Below, one piece after another: positions 62,969 to 64,000 of a stretch of 64,000 nt of DNA. Source of the DNA: Octopus sinensis. Lineage: Eukaryota. Location: assembly GCF_006345805.1 (NCBI RefSeq), contig NC_042999.1:37262001-37326000 (forward strand), read 5' to 3'. Below the pieces are notes generated by a model, which ran no database searches, was not told the origin of the DNA, and worked only from the letters and a program-made list of their open reading frames with translations. The stretch's first letter is position 1. Every line of letters begins with the position of its first letter. A program made the position numbers and the translations under genes.

Positions 62969-64000
62969 TTGGTCATCCCATAAATATGGCGGTTTTTTAT
63001 ACTTTTATCTTTCAAAATTAAGATAAACAGAGTTCTTTTTTAATCTAAAATATACTCTCATTTTCTACAATGCTCTCCCATCTATCTGGTGGACTTACAA
63101 GTTCACTCTTCCAAGATTCACTTGTCCGTGATTAAAAATACTAATCCAGTACTTTTCTGACTTCGTCTACGGAGTTCTTATTTTTTTCGTCCAAATGATT
63201 TTGAAGACTGCGGAATAAATGATAATCAAATGGGGCAATGTCCGGCGAATACGGTGGGAGGGGCATCGTTTCCCATTCGAACTGCTCCAATCTTTGGAAT
63301 GCATGTGGCCGAGCGTTATCCTTGAAACCAAAGATGGTCGTTTTTCCTCTAGCGTTGACTTAAGCCGCTGAAGTTGCTCGCAGTAGATCTCCTTTGTTAT
63401 CTTTGGTTTGGGTTTAATAATTCAAAGTGGATTAAACCTTTCATATCCCACTAAACAGGAAGCAACACCTTACGTGAGCGAAGACCTTCTTTAGTGTCTG
63501 GGGTGCTGGTGTTTCTCCTTTCCCTATCCACTGTTTTCGGTGATGGACATATTTATAGAGTACCCATTTCTCGACACCAGTCACTATTCGGCCCCAAAAA
63601 GGTTCATTCGTGAGACGTGACAGCAAAGAAAAGCACACATTCACTCTCTGAGAAACCCATTGATCTACCTTGCTGACTTTTCAGATGGCACGCAGGTGTC
63701 GATGAATGGTTGAAGGACCAAATCCAAGCTTCTCTGTTAATTCCTCAACAGTTACAATGGGATTTTGTTCCACCAGGGTTTGCAGGACGTCCTCGTCGAG
63801 TCCTACATATCTTCTAGCTCGTCTTCTAGGCTGTAGTTTCCGGATCGGAAGTTTTGGAACCACCGTTGACGCTGGCTTACGATTATTGTCCAATCCCCAT
63901 ATACTACATTAACATCCCTCAGACTTTCTGTTGCACTGTTGCCTTTATTGAACTCATAAAGCAAAATATGCCGAATATGCTCCTTTGTCACTTCCATTAT
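62969..64000 (-). mobile_element. Second copy of the same mariner, running off the window
   Basis: Colinear with 61616-62645; indel-only differences. Confidence 0.88.

Noticed and set aside
57572-64000. Next calpain exon (expected xDGSGKL..EF) after the U12 donor
   Set aside because: Not found; the region is repeats and transposons, so the gene continues beyond the window.

Overview
AT-rich, repeat-dense animal genomic DNA. The SINE families and microsatellite load suggest a coleoid cephalopod, probably Octopus (inference, not searched). The only host gene I can support is a divergent classical calpain on the + strand. Ten coding exons (2680-57571) splice in frame from the catalytic His through the C2-like domain into the penta-EF-hand region, and the gene is incomplete at both window edges. 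Its last visible intron begins GTATCCTT, a U12-type donor. The introns contain at least four tRNA-derived SINE types, three Helitrons, Penelope-like elements (one with a 474-aa open RT+GIY-YIG frame), CR1 and RLE LINE fragments, Tc1, maT and mariner transposons, and several MITEs. Most notable: (1) six minimal type-I hammerhead ribozyme-like motifs, one sense to the calpain pre-mRNA and two sharing a non-canonical CUGU core; (2) a young SINE subfamily repeatedly joined to older relatives at two fixed junctions; (3) a SINE target-site duplication that copied a splice donor; (4) two adjacent indel-only tandem duplications at 57.9-64 kb that may be assembly artefacts. Most ORFs in the supplied track are microsatellite or SINE read-throughs. 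All translations, alignments and RNA folds were done by eye.
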